Of a stretch of 64,000 nucleotides of DNA, positions 1-17,319 are shown one piece after another. The notes beneath the pieces were generated by a model. It had not been told where the DNA came from, searched no databases, and worked only from the letters and a program-made list of their open reading frames with translations. Source of the DNA: the human T2T-CHM13v2.0 reference genome, Homo sapiens. The stretch lies in NCBI RefSeq assembly GCF_009914755.1, contig NC_060927.1; one strand, written 5' to 3'. A program made the position numbers and the translations under genes. Within the stretch, counting starts at the first letter, position 1. Each line of letters starts with the position of its first letter.

Positions 1-2172
<2,172 letters not shown>

Positions 2173-2228
2173 AGAAATCAATGAGAATTATATCCCTAGG
2201 AAGAGTTTTGATTCCAGATTTTCTACAA

Positions 2229-2541
<313 letters not shown>

Positions 2542-5214
2542 TAAGCAAGTTACTTCATTGTTCTGGGATGCATTTACTCTTGTGAGACTCAAGGTAAAAT
2601 TACCTAAGCGCCCAGAAAGCAAGGTACAATATAGTTCAAGATAGTTCTTAGAATTGCAGATTCTTCTAGTGGGACATGCAGATCTCACGTCCACACATAC
2701 CCAGGGCCAGATGCCCTCTTGGCCTCCCTCAGAGATGATCATTCAGCCTCTTTTTGAATGCTTTTACACCATCACATGTATTTCCATTGTTGCACAGTCC
2801 TCATTGTTGGAAGAAGGACATTTTTCTCATGCTCTTTTGAAAACCTAGTGCATTATTGTGCAGATCTCATGGTTAGAAAATTCTTCCTTACATCACATCA
2901 AAATCTGTCTCCCTTTAATTTGTGCCTGCAGCCCTATTGTCCGTACCCACCCAGGAAAACACTAAGACCTCTTTCAGCATCCTGCAGACCCCAATCATGT
3001 CCTGACTAGAGTTCTCCAGGCAAACTCTCAGAGTTAGTTCCCATAATTGTTTCCTCTTTATGGCTTCATTACCAAGCTTTCATTGTCCAGCTTGGACAAA
3101 CACTGGCTCGTTTGGGTCCTCTCTCTAAGACTGAAATATACATACTTGGCACCATACCCCATATGAATTCTGGGCCAAGGCTGAGTATGATACGTCTCTT
3201 GGTCCTCCTGGTCCTTGTTAATAACCCACTTTAGTAGTTACCTGGACCCTGTGGCTCATATATTGCCTATGTATAATCCAGACTCTTCTATAGTTTTGCT
3301 TACTATTTGGGTACAATTACTAAGCCAGTGTCAAAAAACCTAGCTGAATTACTGAAATCAGCATCGTTTCAGTGACCATGGCAAAGAGAAGGCAAGGATG
3401 ATCTGAGATGACTTACTCATACTGGCTCCTGACTATTGCAGCTGTGGTTGCTGAGAGGGACAGCCCTCCACCTGAGAATAGGTTTCTCATTTCTTCCACA
3501 TGATTGTCTCTTCTAACCAGGATCTGCCATTGTTCTGGACCCATATCAGTGTCTTGTCTGCCCATGTTTAGCTCCTCAACACTTGACCCCATGTCATGTC
3601 CTCTTCCTGAAAACTCCAAGGTGACTGCTGAAAGTGCCTGGGTTTTTGTTGTTGTTGCTTACTATCTCTTTGTCTCTTTGTCCTGCTAATCTCTGTGCCA
3701 GATCCTGTCATTGGCTCTTTTAGGTTTGTTGATTCTACTTTATGGCCCTGATTTCTTTTTTTCTACATACAGTATCCGTTTGAAGATTCTTTAATGGAGC
3801 GTGTCCATTTTTCTCATTAAAGACTTTAATTTATGCTGTCTTGTAAAGGAAAAACAAAGGGCATTCTTCAGAACTTCTTTTAAAATATGCCACAGTGGCT
3901 ATATAGTATCTCAAGGTGGCGGGGGTGGGGGGCAGTATAGACAAACAATTGCAGAGCTGAAGAGGACCCAGTCCTCCTAATCCGCAGTCCAGAACCATTG
4001 AACTAACTCTATGCAGACTATCTCTTCTATGGCTCAGACAGGATAATGAAGGGATGACATTGTTGTTCTCTTAGTTCAGAAGGCGTAAACCTCAGTGAGG
4101 AGGTGGGATGGATACAGAAGCAGGCAGATCACTGAGATCATTTAATGCCACATTCTGAACATATCTAAGTCCCAACTCTGATCCAACAGGGAAAGATGTA
4201 CTACTATTCAGGTAAACTCAATTGTCATTCATTTTGTACATGAACTGTATAGGTACACTTTACATCCTAGACTCTAATGGCTAGAATTTAACCAAATAAA
4301 ATCTCTCCTGGCTGCTAAGGAGTCCTTGGACTGAAAGTGACTAAAAAAAGACCATGTCCCCTAACTGGACATGTGGCAGCAGGGTAGTAAGGCAAATTCC
4401 TTGTTTGAAAGCATTCATAGCACAGTATTTTTTCATTGACTGGACAAAGGGTCACACGAAAGCCCATGATAAATGACTGCTTTTCTTCAGTCATTTATTA
4501 ACCACAGAAGTGTGGAATGCATCACTGAGAGACTAATCCATGCCACACATTCAAGGGACTTAAAGCAGGGTTTTCCAGACTGCTAAGGAAGCAGGTAGAA
4601 GAAGGAAGGAGGTAGGTCTATCCTTGCTTTTGCTGCCATCTCGAACATAACTGCCTCTAGCATCTTGAATAACAGACGGAGAAAGTCTGCCTATGCACTT
4701 GAGAAAGCTGGGCCATACCATGATTACGGCCCTCTGCCTCCATGGGTGAACTAAGGGCACAGCTGGACAGCTGGGCTTTGTATGAGGCAAACAATCTGCT
4801 GATTTATTTTAAACCATCATGCTGGTATGTGCACGACCAAATGAATGTGGTCCCCTTTTAAGTAAAGCCCCTTGAAAAGCTTTCTGCTTATCCCATGATG
4901 CTTCCACGTCACTCAAGAGATTCTTAGGGAGTTGAGTGCAGGAATGCACAAAAAAAGATGACAGCCATCTATCTACATCCACAACTCATAATTAGCTACT
5001 GTAAATATTTTGGCCTATTTGCTTCCAACGTTTTTCTTTATTTAAGAAACCTCTTTCTATTGTTTCTTATTAAAGTGAAGCACAGATTATTACAGAGATC
5101 TCAAATCATGCAGAAAAGAACACAAATTTAAAGGTTTTTTTAAAAGCACCTGAAAGTTCATCATTAATATTTGGTGAACATTATTCAGGGTAGGTTTCTA
5201 TATATCCCACTTTT

Positions 5215-5400
5215 TGGAATATCATCAGTTTTGTCAAAGTTTCCACCTTGGAAAAAGGATTTGATTTTTCAAAATAGGTCAGAGTTGCCAGGAGCCATTG
5301 AAGTCCAGTGAATAAGGTAATGATTAAGCCGTGTGACAAGATTTTGGTGCCAAGTCAGGTATAATTGGTTTTCTTGGACAGCTCAGAAATTGCCATGAGA
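5215..5400. mobile_element. Possible degenerate Mariner-derived (MARNA-like) fragment
   Basis: Resembles remembered consensus (gatttgattttt...gagcca...gtccagtgaataaggt). Not verified. Confidence 0.35.
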
Positions 5401-6067
5401 GGCACCCATGTCAGAAGTGACCAACAAGACCTGCCCTCAGAGAGACTGTATCTGAAGGACAGGTGCATGAGGTTGCAGAAGTGTTGGGGATCATAACCAC
5501 TAGAACTGAGCCAAGGCTGTTTCTTGAGGGCTGTGGACCTCAGTTAGGTCCTTACCCTCACAGAGCCTGTGTTTGCTCATCTTTAATGGGGTGTTCATAA
5601 TGTCCACTTTTCACAAGCTGTTATGAGACTCAAATTAGGTCAGGGACATGAAAGCTCTTTTGCAAATGATTAAGCCCTATACAAATGTTAGGCATTACTG
5701 CTTAAGTATATTTGTCAAATTAATCTTGTTTCTTGATGGGTACACCTCCTACAGACAGTCAGTTCACAGACAGCCACATCATCAAATCCTAACTGGGTGA
5801 GGGCTTTTCTTTCCCCTTGTACTCTCCTTGGGCTGCACGTTTGTCCCTTCAGGGCTACCTTGTCCTTGATGTGATGTCCATTTTACCTGACTTTTCCAGT
5901 ACTTGATCATGGGCAAGGGAAATCATAGAAGGCAGGCAGGACACAGTTTGAATCACTACCACCATTGTTTTTAGCTTCCTGCAACCTGTGTGGCAAATGA
6001 CTTCAGTCTGGGGTGTCTATGGAATTTTAGAAGGATCTGGTCAGTTTCCTTAGTTACCTGGAAGTTC

Positions 6068-6358
6068 TTTTGACATTTAACTTATCAACTCATTTTTCAC
6101 CAAACAGAGGAATCTGAGATCTGGAAGGTTTCTCAGAGTTCTTATGCTGCATAAATAGGGAATAAGGACAAAAAACTATAGTTATCTGTACAAACGAGAG
6201 TAATAACTATACCATTCTAATAGTGGTTGAAAGGACTAAACTTCAGGTATTTAGTATAGCCGGGCACATAAAAGTGCTCATTAAATGTTAGCTATTATTT
6301 TGGGTGTTATTATTATTAATACAAGGACTAGAACTTCTAGGCTCTGTAAGTTAGAAAG
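6068..6358 (+). repeat. Local doublet A, copy 1 (contains a MIR-like segment)
   Basis: Aligns end to end with 7189-7478. Confidence 0.93.
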
Positions 6359-6689
6359 GTAGTAGCTTATATGTCATGAGTGACTTTTGACACATGAAAG
6401 AGTGCCTCATCAACAGTGAGATACTGTTAATCATGCATAATTTACAAATGTAATTTTGCCATTTGGAATGTCTACTTTTTGATTTGTATCCATTCATTCA
6501 ACATATATTTATTGAGTGCTTACTATATGCCAGGCATTGTGCTGTGCATTGAACATACAATGGTGAACTACACAGACCTTATCCACGTGGAGCTGACTGT
6601 CTAACAAAGGAGACAAACAGTAAACAAATAACTATAGCAATGAATATTTGTCTAGAACTTGTTTTGAGTGCAGTGAAGGGAAAGTAAAA

Positions 6690-6981
6690 TTTTTTTTTTT
6701 TTTTGAGACAAGGTCTGGCTCTGTCACCCATGCAGGAGTGCAGCGACATGATCTCAGCTCACTGCAACCTCCATCTCCCGGGCTCAAGCCATCTTCCCAC
6801 TCCTGAGTAGCTGGGACTACAGGCACATGCCACCGTGCCCAGTTAATTTTTTTGTAGTTTTTTGTAGAGACAGGGTCTTTCTTTGTTGCCCAGGCTGGTT
6901 CAAACTCTTGAGTTCAAGCAATCTGCCTGCCTCAGCCTCCCACGGTGCTGGGATTACAGGTGTGAGCCACCACGCCTGGCC
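6690..6981 (-). mobile_element. AluJ
   Basis: Poly-T plus a diverged Alu reverse complement. Confidence 0.94.
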
Positions 6982-7188
6982 AGGAAAATACAATTCTATG
7001 GGGTATGTAGCCGATGGTACCCAATCTTGTGTGATAGATGGGAAAGGGGCAAGGAAAATTCAGGATGTTTCCCTAAAGTAATTGACGTGTGAGTTGAAAT
7101 CCAGTGAACGAGTAGGAATAATGTAACAATGAGTGAGAAGAAGCAGATTCCCAAGAGAAGGAACATGTGCAAAGGCCTTGAGGCTGGA

Positions 7189-7478
7189 TTTTGACATTCA
7201 GCTTATCAGCTCATCTTACACCAAACAGAGAAATCTGAGATCTGGAAGGTTTCTCAGAAGTTCTCATGCTGCACAAAAAGGGAAGAAGGACTAAAAACTA
7301 TAGTTATCTGTACAAATGAAAGTAATAACCGTACCATTCTGATAGTGGTTGAAAGGACAAAATTTCAGGTACTTAGCATAGCCTGCCACAGAAAAAAAAA
7401 TGTTCAATAAATGTTAGCTATTATTTTTGGTGTTATTAATACAAGGACTAGAATTTCTAGGCTCTATACGTTAGAAAG
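7189..7478 (+). repeat. Local doublet A, copy 2
   Basis: Aligns with 6068-6358. Confidence 0.93.
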
Positions 7479-7834
7479 ATATTGGCATAGGCATAGTCAC
7501 ATCTAAGCAGAGTGAGGGGGTGTGGAGCAGAAAATGAGGTTGGGGGTTGTAGGAGACTAAACAAGGCAGGCATGGTCTCATTGCAGACCCTGTTAAGAAT
7601 TGTGCTCTTGACTCTAACAGCAAAGGGAGTCCATTGAAGTGATTCAAACAAGATGAACAGGTTTCTGTATTCAAAGATCCTGCCACTGCAAGCAGAATAA
7701 TGGATTGGAGGGGGGCCCAAGTGGATGCAGGTAGTTAAGTGTAGGAGGCTGTAACAGCAGGCTGTGGGAGAGTTGATGGTAGCTTAACACAGGGCCATAG
7801 TGGTAGAGCTGAAAAGAATCAAAAATTATTTACG

Positions 7835-8143
<309 letters not shown>

Positions 8144-8219
8144 TTATTTACAAGGTAAAATCCACAAGATCTGGTGGTGAACTGGATAAAGGAGGTAGAA
8201 GAAGAAGATGAGGAGAATC

Positions 8220-8870
8220 CATTTATTCATTCAGCAAGTATTTATTGAGCCCCAGATGCTCTGCTAGGTACTGAGGATTAAACTGTGAACAAAACAGAAA
8301 AGTCTCTGCCCTCAATAGGTTACAGTTTGGAGGGGATTGGAACTGAAGAGTTGACAATATGCAAGTAAACAAATAGTGATGTGTTTGCATTGCAAATTAT
8401 AATTACATATTACAGTGTGGGTGATTACAGATAAGTACTACAACAAAAAAATAAGGGACATGTCAGAGAGAGTAACTCAGGAGGAGGTGACATTTAAGGT
8501 AAGACCTAAAGGATGAGAAAGACAGCCAAGAGAGCCAGTGAAAGAGCATTCTGGGTAGAGGAAACAGTAAGTTCAAAGATCTTGATGTATTCCAGGAATA
8601 GGTGGGAAATTAGGGTGGCCGGAAATAGTGAGCAAGGAGGAATTGTATAAAATGGGGTGGTAGGTCATTTGTAGGTCATACTGAAGATTTTGGATTTTTT
8701 TAAATACAGCAGCTAGAATAACCTGACTGATGTTTAAAAGATTACTCTGTTGTGTGAAAAATGGGGAAAAATTAATTATTTCACACCAAGAGTAAAAGCA
8801 GGGAGAACAGTTAGAAGCCAGTCATTCAGGTGATAGAGGATGATAACTTGCACTGGGACTGTGATGGTGG
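8220..8870 (-). mobile_element. L2 fragment
   Basis: ttcattcagcaagtatttattgagc tail and L2 body motifs. Confidence 0.7.
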
Positions 8871-9826
8871 ATCAGGGAAAGAGAAACAGATATCAGAGGG
8901 ATTTTAACAAACTGGCCTCACTGAAGATCCAAATGACCCCTAAAGAAGTGGTGGCATGATTCCGTTGCATAAGTTGACAGCCTGGTGTAACCTACCTATG
9001 ATTCATCTCACCAGACCCAGCCCAGATCAGGGTTCAGGGACCAAACCCAGCACCAGAGTAGCTGGGATCAGGGCCAGGGGTCATCAAGACTGGGGTCACC
9101 AAAGTCACATCAGGGTCTGTAGCAGCTCACAGTGAAGGGAGGAATCTGTTGAGCTGGGTTTCTATCAGTGCTGTTTGCCTGGGGCCAGAAGTGGTAACCA
9201 GTTCAGAACCTGGGTGAGGGTAGAGCTGGGTCAACACTGGAGGTTAAAGTGGCAAAGCTGCCAGTTCAAGGTTACAGGGATGGAGATATGCCACCTATGA
9301 CACCATTGGATGAGACATTTGGTGGATGAGTCAGACATTGGAGATTTATTTGTGGAATACCAAGCAGTGCAATCTCAGTGTTCTCTAGCTCCTTGTGATT
9401 TAGACAAGAGGGATCCCTGCCTTGCAGATTTAGTTTGATCTAGAGTGTGAGGCTTTTTGGTAGCCTTACCAGTAAAATACTTGCCTTCTTGATCTTGTCT
9501 ATTTCTCTGCCATTTCAACATTATTTTCCACATGAGGTAAAATATTCAGGATTCTGTGACAAGTTTCAGCTCAGTTGCTGCTGTGTGGGTATGCCTGCAT
9601 GCACATATATGTAAGCACATGTTGTGTCTACTGCAATGAGCGTGTGTGGCAGCTGGAGTGTCAGTAATGGTACATTAGGGCATGTTAACCTGCAGGGCCA
9701 CAAGCATCTCCATTTTTTAAAAAGAGAGAAGAGAAGAGACACCTGATCCCAAGATAGAGACAACAAAGAAGGATGATCCATTCTGGTGTCAGTTACAAAA
9801 AACAGCAGCATACCTCTTCCTGAAAC

Positions 9827-9997
9827 TTGTTTGTGTCTGACCACTTCATCCTGCTCTTCCTCCAGTCTCAATCCCCAGCCAATGCTGATTTCTACCCAAC
9901 AACACCTAGAAGAATTTGGCAATTTATCCCAACAATAAGCGAAGAGCCAGTGATATGTCTGAGAGTACTAATTATTTCCAAATATTGGGAATCCAGC
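9827..9997 (+). repeat. Local doublet B, copy 1
   Basis: Aligns with 10577-10743. Confidence 0.93.
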
Positions 9998-10185
9998 TTT
10001 ACACAGACTGAAAATTTCTGAAGAAATACAGAGCAACATCTCTGTTGCTGTATGTCATTACCAGCATCCTTGATAACAGTTTACCACAATGCATTAAATA
10101 AATCATAGAACACCAAGGATTTACAGCTTTTTGAGCTTGATATCCAGAAGAAGAGAAGACAGAGTTAAGAAAAGTAACGATATTA

Positions 10186-10743
<558 letters not shown>

Positions 10744-13700
10744 ATGAGGCAGAGTGTAGAAAGAGACATTGAGTTTTATTTAACTGAATTTTTCCATATA
10801 TTTTTGATCAAGAACACTTTGGGAAATGCTACTTTAAGATTACCATTCATTTTCTTTTCCCCTCACCCCCTTCCTTGGAGAACCATCAATGCTCACTGTT
10901 CCAGCTGCCATCTTAGTGCTAAAGTCTCTCTTGTCTCAGCACAAGCCCCTCTCTACCCCAGCTCTAGGACACCCCTGCCCATAGCACACCTTCACCTAGA
11001 TGGCTCACAGTGGGGCAGAGTAGGAATCTACAGAGGTTCAGAGGAAGTTCTGAATTCATTAATTCTTCATTCAACAAATATGAAAAAATGAAACTGATGG
11101 AATGGAAGAGGCTCTACTTCTGCAATTTTTATTAAACCACCTTGAGAACTGAACCCCAAACTCAGTGAATCTTTGGTTCCTAAAGGTGTAGAATCTTTAC
11201 TGATCTATTGCCACTAGAAAGATAGTAACAACAACAACACAAATCTCTAGTACACCAGTGAACAATGAAATCCCAGTACACCTGGGAATAATGCAATCTA
11301 GGTTTAAATAATCCCCCCATCATTTATTACAGCATGACTTGGACAAGTTGCTTCACCTCTCTGAGTCTCACAAAGTTCATCTTGTGAGTAGCGATAGTAT
11401 CTGTGGCAATTATTGGGAAGATTTAATGAACAAGTATGGCAAATGTATAATACCTTTTACCTATTGCTCACCTCCCTCTTATTTCTCCATTTAACTCCCA
11501 TCCTCTCCCATTTCTTTTTATATCCATTAAGCTAGCACAGTCTCCATAAAAACAACTGAATCTACACATCTATTCAAAGCCTTCCTGCCCTAGCATATTG
11601 ACTATAATTCTACCCAAAAGAGAGAACTGGCTGACAGCTTTCTGCCAATATTGGAGTAGGCTGATCTTTTTCTGGAATAGCCTCTAAAAGACAATAGCAT
11701 TATTTTTTAGTAGATTCTACAAAACAAGATAAAGGGGACTGGAAGAGGCCCTTTGCCCTTGGGAGGGTCCATTCCTAGCTGGGGGTAAAGGTAATTATCT
11801 CTGACTTTTGGTCTTCTCATCTGCTAAATAAGTCCTGAGATATCCACCACTTTTAATAGCCTGTGTACTCTGGGTGTATGCATAGAGTGCCTAGCAGCTT
11901 GCCTATACCTCTTCATCCATGAAAGATTCAAGAAGAGGGAGGATATCCGTTGAGCACACTACTGCATCATTTATTAGAGAAAAAAAAATTCCTATTTGGG
12001 GGTTACTAGTCTTATATCACATACAACAGACTTTAAACCAACAACAATCAAAAAGGTCAATAATAATAATAATCCTTTCTTAGTAGTAGTAATAATAAAG
12101 GATTCAATTCAACAAGAAGTCTTAATGGAGCACCCAGATTCATAAAACAAGTTCTTAGAGATCTATGAAGAGATTTAGATAACCACATGATAATAGTGGG
12201 AGACTCCAACACCCCACTGACAGGATTAGACAGATCATCAAGGCAGTATCTAACAAAGATATTCTGGACGTAAACTCAACACTTGACCAATTGGACCTAA
12301 TAGACATCTACAGAACACTACACCCAAAAACAACAGAATATACATTCTTCTCATCTGCACATGGCACATACTCTAAATCAACCACATGCTTGCCCATAAA
12401 GCAAGTCTCAACAAATTAAAAAAAAAAATAGAAATCATGCCAACCACACTATTGGACCACAGAGCAATAAAAATAGAAATCAGTACCAAGAAGATCTGTC
12501 AAAACCATACAATTACATGGTAGTTTAACAACCTGCTCCTGAATGACTTTTGAGTAAACAATGAAATTAAGGCAGACATCAAAAAATTCTTTGAAACTAA
12601 TAAGACCAGATATACAACATACCAGAATCTTTGGGACACAACTAAAGCAGTGTTAAGAGGAAAGTTTAGAGTGCTAAATGCCTACATCAAGAAGTTAGAA
12701 ATATCTTAAATTAACAACCTAACATCACACCAAGAAGAACTAGAAAAACAATAGGAAACCAACCCCAAAGCTAGCAGAAGAAAGAAATAACCAAAGTCAT
12801 AGCTGAACTTGATGAAATTGAGATGCGAAAATCCAGACAAAAGCTGGTTCTTCAAAAAATTAAGTGAGATGGATAGGCCACTAGCTAGATTAATAAAGAA
12901 AAAAGAGAAGATCCAAATAAACACAATTGGAAATGACAAAAGTGACATTACAACCAACCGCACAGACATACAAAAAATCCTTAGCGAATATTATCAAAAC
13001 CTCTATGCACACAAACTAGAAAACCTAGAAGAAAGGGATAAAATCCTGGAAATCCAAGCCTCTCAAGATTGAAACAGGAAAAAATTGAAACCTTGAACAG
13101 ACCAATAATGAGCTCCAAAACTGTATCAGTAAGAAAAAGCCAACCAACCAATAAAAGCCCAGAGCCAGATGGATTCACAGCCAAATTCTACCACATGTAA
13201 AATTATTCCAATCCTACTGAAATTATTCCAAAAAATTGAGGAGGAGGAGATTCCACCCTAACTCATTCTATGAACCCAGCATCATTCTGACACCACAACC
13301 TGGCAAAGACACAACCAAAAAAGAAAACTTCAGACAATATTCCTGATGAACATCGATGCAAAAATCTTCAACAAAATACTAACAAACCTAATCCAGCAGC
13401 ACATCAAAAAGTTAACCCACCACAATCAAATAGGCTTTATTCCTGGAATGCAAAGTTGGTTCAACATACGCAAATCAATAAATGCAATTTCCCACATAAA
13501 CAGAATTAAAAATGAAAACTGCATAATTATCTCAATAGATGCAGAGAAGACTTTTGATAAAATTCAACAGCCCTTCATATTAAAAAACCCTCACCAAATT
13601 AGACATCAAAGGAACATACTTCAAAATAGTAAGAGCCATCTGTGACAAACCCACAGCCAACATCATACTGAATGGACAAAAGCTGTAAGCATTTTCTCTT

Positions 13701-15674
13701 GAGAACTGGAACAAGACAAGGATGTCCACTCTCACCACTCCTATTCAGCATAATACTGGAAATCCTAGCCAGTGCAATCAGGCAAGAGAAAGAAATAAAA
13801 GGCATCTAAATAGGAAGAAAGGAAGTCAAGGTTTCTCTCTTCACAAACAATATGATTCTATACCTAGAAACCCCCAAAGACTCTGCAAAAAGGCTCAGAG
13901 AACTGGTAAACAACTTTAGTAAAGTTTTAGGATACAAAATCAATGTACAAAATTCAGTAGCATTACTATATACCAATAACATTTAAACTGAGAGCCAAAT
14001 GAAGAACACAATTCCACGTACAATAGCCGCAAAAAGAAGAAAATGCCTAGGAATACAGCTAACCAAGGAGGTAAAAGTTCTCAACAACAAAAATTACAAA
14101 ATACTGCTGAAAGAAATCAGAGAAGACACAAACAAATGGAGAAACATTCCGTGCTCATGGACAGGAAGCATCAATATCATTAAAATGTCCACACTGCACA
14201 AAGCAATTTACAGAGTTAATGCTATTCCTATCAAACCACCACCATTATTTCTCACAGAACCAAAAAAGACTATTCTAAAATTCACGTAGAACCAAAAAAG
14301 ACCCTGAATAGCCAAAATAATCCTAAGCAAAAAGAACAAAGCTGGAGGCATCACACTCCCTGACTTCAAACTATACTAAAGGCTACAGTAACCAAAACAT
14401 CATTGTGCTGGTACAAAAACAGACACATAGACCAATGGAACAGGATAGAGAACCTAGACGTAAAGCCACACACCTCCAACCACCTGACCTTTGACAAAAT
14501 CAACAATACCAAGCAGTGGGGAAAGGACTCCCCATATGATCATCTCAGAATCATTTACTATTCAGTAAATGGTGCTGGGTTAACTGGCTCGCGTAGGCAG
14601 AAGATTGAAACTGGATCCCTTCCTTTCACCATATACAAAAATTATCTCAAGTTGGATTAAAGACTTAAATATAAGACCTAAAACTATAAAAATGTTAGTA
14701 GAAAACCTAGGAAATAACATTCTGGACATCAGCCTTGGGAAAGAATTTATGACTAAGTCCCCAAAAGCAATTGCAACAAAAACAAAAATTGATGAGAGAG
14801 ACCTAATTAAGGGAAGAGCTGCTTTCTGCACAGCAAACAAAACTATCAACAGAGTAAACAGACAACCTACAGAATAGGACAAAATATTCACAAACTACCC
14901 ATCCAACAAAGGTCTAATATCCAGAATTTGTAAGGAACTTAAACAATTGAACAGGAAAAAAAAAGAAAAAAAAACATTTAAAAAGGACATGAACAGACAT
15001 TTCTCTAAAGAAGACATACATGTGGCCAAATGTATGGAAAAATGTTCATCACCACTAATCATTAGGGAAATGCAAATCAAAAACACAATAAGATACCATC
15101 TCACACCAATCAGAATGGCTATTACTAAAAAGTCCAAAAAAAAAAAAAAAAACAGATGTTGGGGAGTTTGCAGAGAAAAGGGAACACTTATGCGCTGTTG
15201 GTGAGAATGTAAATTAATTTAGCCACCGTGGAAAGTGGTGTGGAGTTTCCTCAAACAACTTAAAATAGAACTATCATTTGACCCAGCAATCCCACTACTG
15301 GGTATACACCCAAAAGAAAATAAATCATTCTACCAAAAGGACATATGCACTCATATGTTCATTGCAGCAGTATTCACAAGAGCAAAGACATGGAGTCAAC
15401 CAAGATGCCCATCAGTGGTGGACTGGATAAAGAAAATGTGGTACATATATGCTACAGAATACTATGCAGCCATAAAAAGGAACAAAATCATATCCTTTGC
15501 AGCAACATGGATGCAGCTAGAGGCCTTTATCCTAAGCAAACTAATGCAGAAACAGAAAACCAAATACTTCATGTTCTCACTGATAAGCAGGAGCTAAACA
15601 TTGAATTCACATGGGCACAAAGATGGGAACAAAAGCCACTTGGGCCTACATTAACGGGGAAGATGGGGGGGTAG

Positions 15675-17319
15675 TGTGTCTGGAATTGGTGGGCTCTTGG
15701 TCTCACTGACCAAGAATGAAGCCACGGACCCTCACGGTGAGTGTTACAGTTCTTAAAGCCGGCGTGTCTGGAGTTTGTTCCTTCTGATGTTCGGATGTGT
15801 TCGGAGTTTCTTCCTTCTGGTGGGTTCGTGGTCTTGCTGGCTCAGGAGTGAAGCTGCAGACCTTCGCAGTGAGTGTTACAGCTCTTAAGGCAGCGCGTCT
15901 GGAGTTGTTTGTTCCTCCCGGTGGGTTCATGGTCTTGATGGCTTCAGGAGTGAAGCTGCAGACCTTCGCAGTGAGTGTTACAGCTCATAAAGGCAGTGTG
16001 AACCCAAAGAGTGAGCAGTAGCAAGATTTATTGCAAAGAGCGAAAGAACAAAGCTTCCACAGCGTGGAAGGGGACCCAAGCGGGTTGCCACTGCTGTCTC
16101 AGGCAGCCTGCTTTTATTCTCTTATCTGGCCCCACCCACATCCTGCTGATTAGTCCATTTTGACAGGGTGCTGATTGGTGCTTTACAATCCCTGAGCTAG
16201 ACGCAAAAGTTCTCCATGTCCACACTAGATTAGCTAGATACAGAGTGTCAATTGGTGTATTTACAAATCCTGAGCTAGACACAGAGTGCTGATTGGTGCA
16301 TTTACAAACCTTGAGCTAGATACAGAGTGCCAATTGGTGCATTCACAATCCCTTAGCTAGACATAAAGATTCTCCAAGTCCCCACCAGACTAACTAGATA
16401 CAGAGTGCCTATTGGTGCATTCACACACCCTGAGCTAGACACAGGGTGCTGATTGGTGTGTCCACAATCCTTGAGCTAGATACAGAGTGCTGACTGGTGC
16501 ATTTACAATCCCTCAGCTAGACATAAAGGTTCTCCAAGTGCCCACCAGACTAACTAGATACAGAGTGCCGATTGGTGTATTCACAAACACTGAGCTAGAC
16601 ACAGGGTGCTGATTGGTGTGTTTACAAACCTTGAGCTAGACACAGAGTGCTGATTGGTGTACCTACAATCCCTTAGCTAGACACAAAGGTTCTCCAAGTC
16701 TCCACCAGACTCAAGAGCCCAGCCTCCTCACCCAGTGGATCCCGCACCGGGACCACAGGTGGAGCTGCCTGCCAGTCCAGCCATGTGCCCACACTCCCCA
16801 GCCCTTGGGCGGTTGGCGGGACTGGGCTCCGTGGAGCAGGGGGTGGTGCTCATCAGGGAGGCTCCCGCCACGCAGGAGCCCATGGTGGGGGGTTGGGGTG
16901 GGGAGGGCTCAGGCATGGCGGGCTGCAGGTCCCAAGCCCTGCCCCACGGGGAGGCAGCTAAGGCCCGTGAGAAGTCGAGCACAGCAGCTGCTGGCCCAGG
17001 TGCTAAGCCCCTCACTGCCCGGGGCTTGCGGGCCAGCCAGCTGCTCCAAGTGCAGGGCCGCTGAGCCCACAGTCACCCAGAACTTGCGCTGGCCCGCAAG
17101 CACCGTGCGCAGCCCTGGTTCCCACCCACGCCTCTCCCTCCACACCTCCCTGCGAGCTGAGCGAACAGGCTCTAGCCTTGGCCAGCCCAGAAAGGGGCTC
17201 CCACAGCGCAGCAGTGACCTGAAGGGCTCCTCAAGCACGGCCACAGTGGGAGCCAAGGCCGAGGAGGCACCGAGAGTGAGTGAGGGCTGCGAGGGCTGCC
17301 AGCACGCTGTCACCTCTCA
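15675..17319 (-). mobile_element. Solo LTR12 (LTR12C-like, HERV9/ERV9 LTR), antisense to CASR
   Basis: Minus strand begins TGAGAGGTGACAGCGTGCTGGC and ends CCAATTCCAGACACA (TG...CA). Perfect 4-bp TSD GTAG at 15671-15674 and 17320-17323. Confidence 0.95.
16165..16700 (-). promoter_or_regulatory. LTR12 U3 tandem ~40-bp enhancer repeats with CCAAT (NF-Y) and GATA-like motifs
   Basis: Nine ATTGG copies within repeating gagctaga(c/t)acag(a/g)gtgctgattggtg units. TATA-like AATAAAA on the minus strand near 16112-16118. Confidence 0.85.

Larger units (their letters stand above)
6488..7820 (-). mobile_element. L2 fragment, interrupted by an Alu and by doublet A copy 2
   Basis: cattcattcaacatatatttattgagtgcttactatatgccaggc tail and later L2 body motifs (gtgcaaaggccttgaggc, gagtccattgaagtg). 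Confidence 0.8.

Noticed and set aside
16165-16700. Regular ~40-bp repeats resembling a CRISPR array
   Set aside because: No unique spacers or cas genes. These are the standard LTR12 U3 repeats in a mammalian genome.
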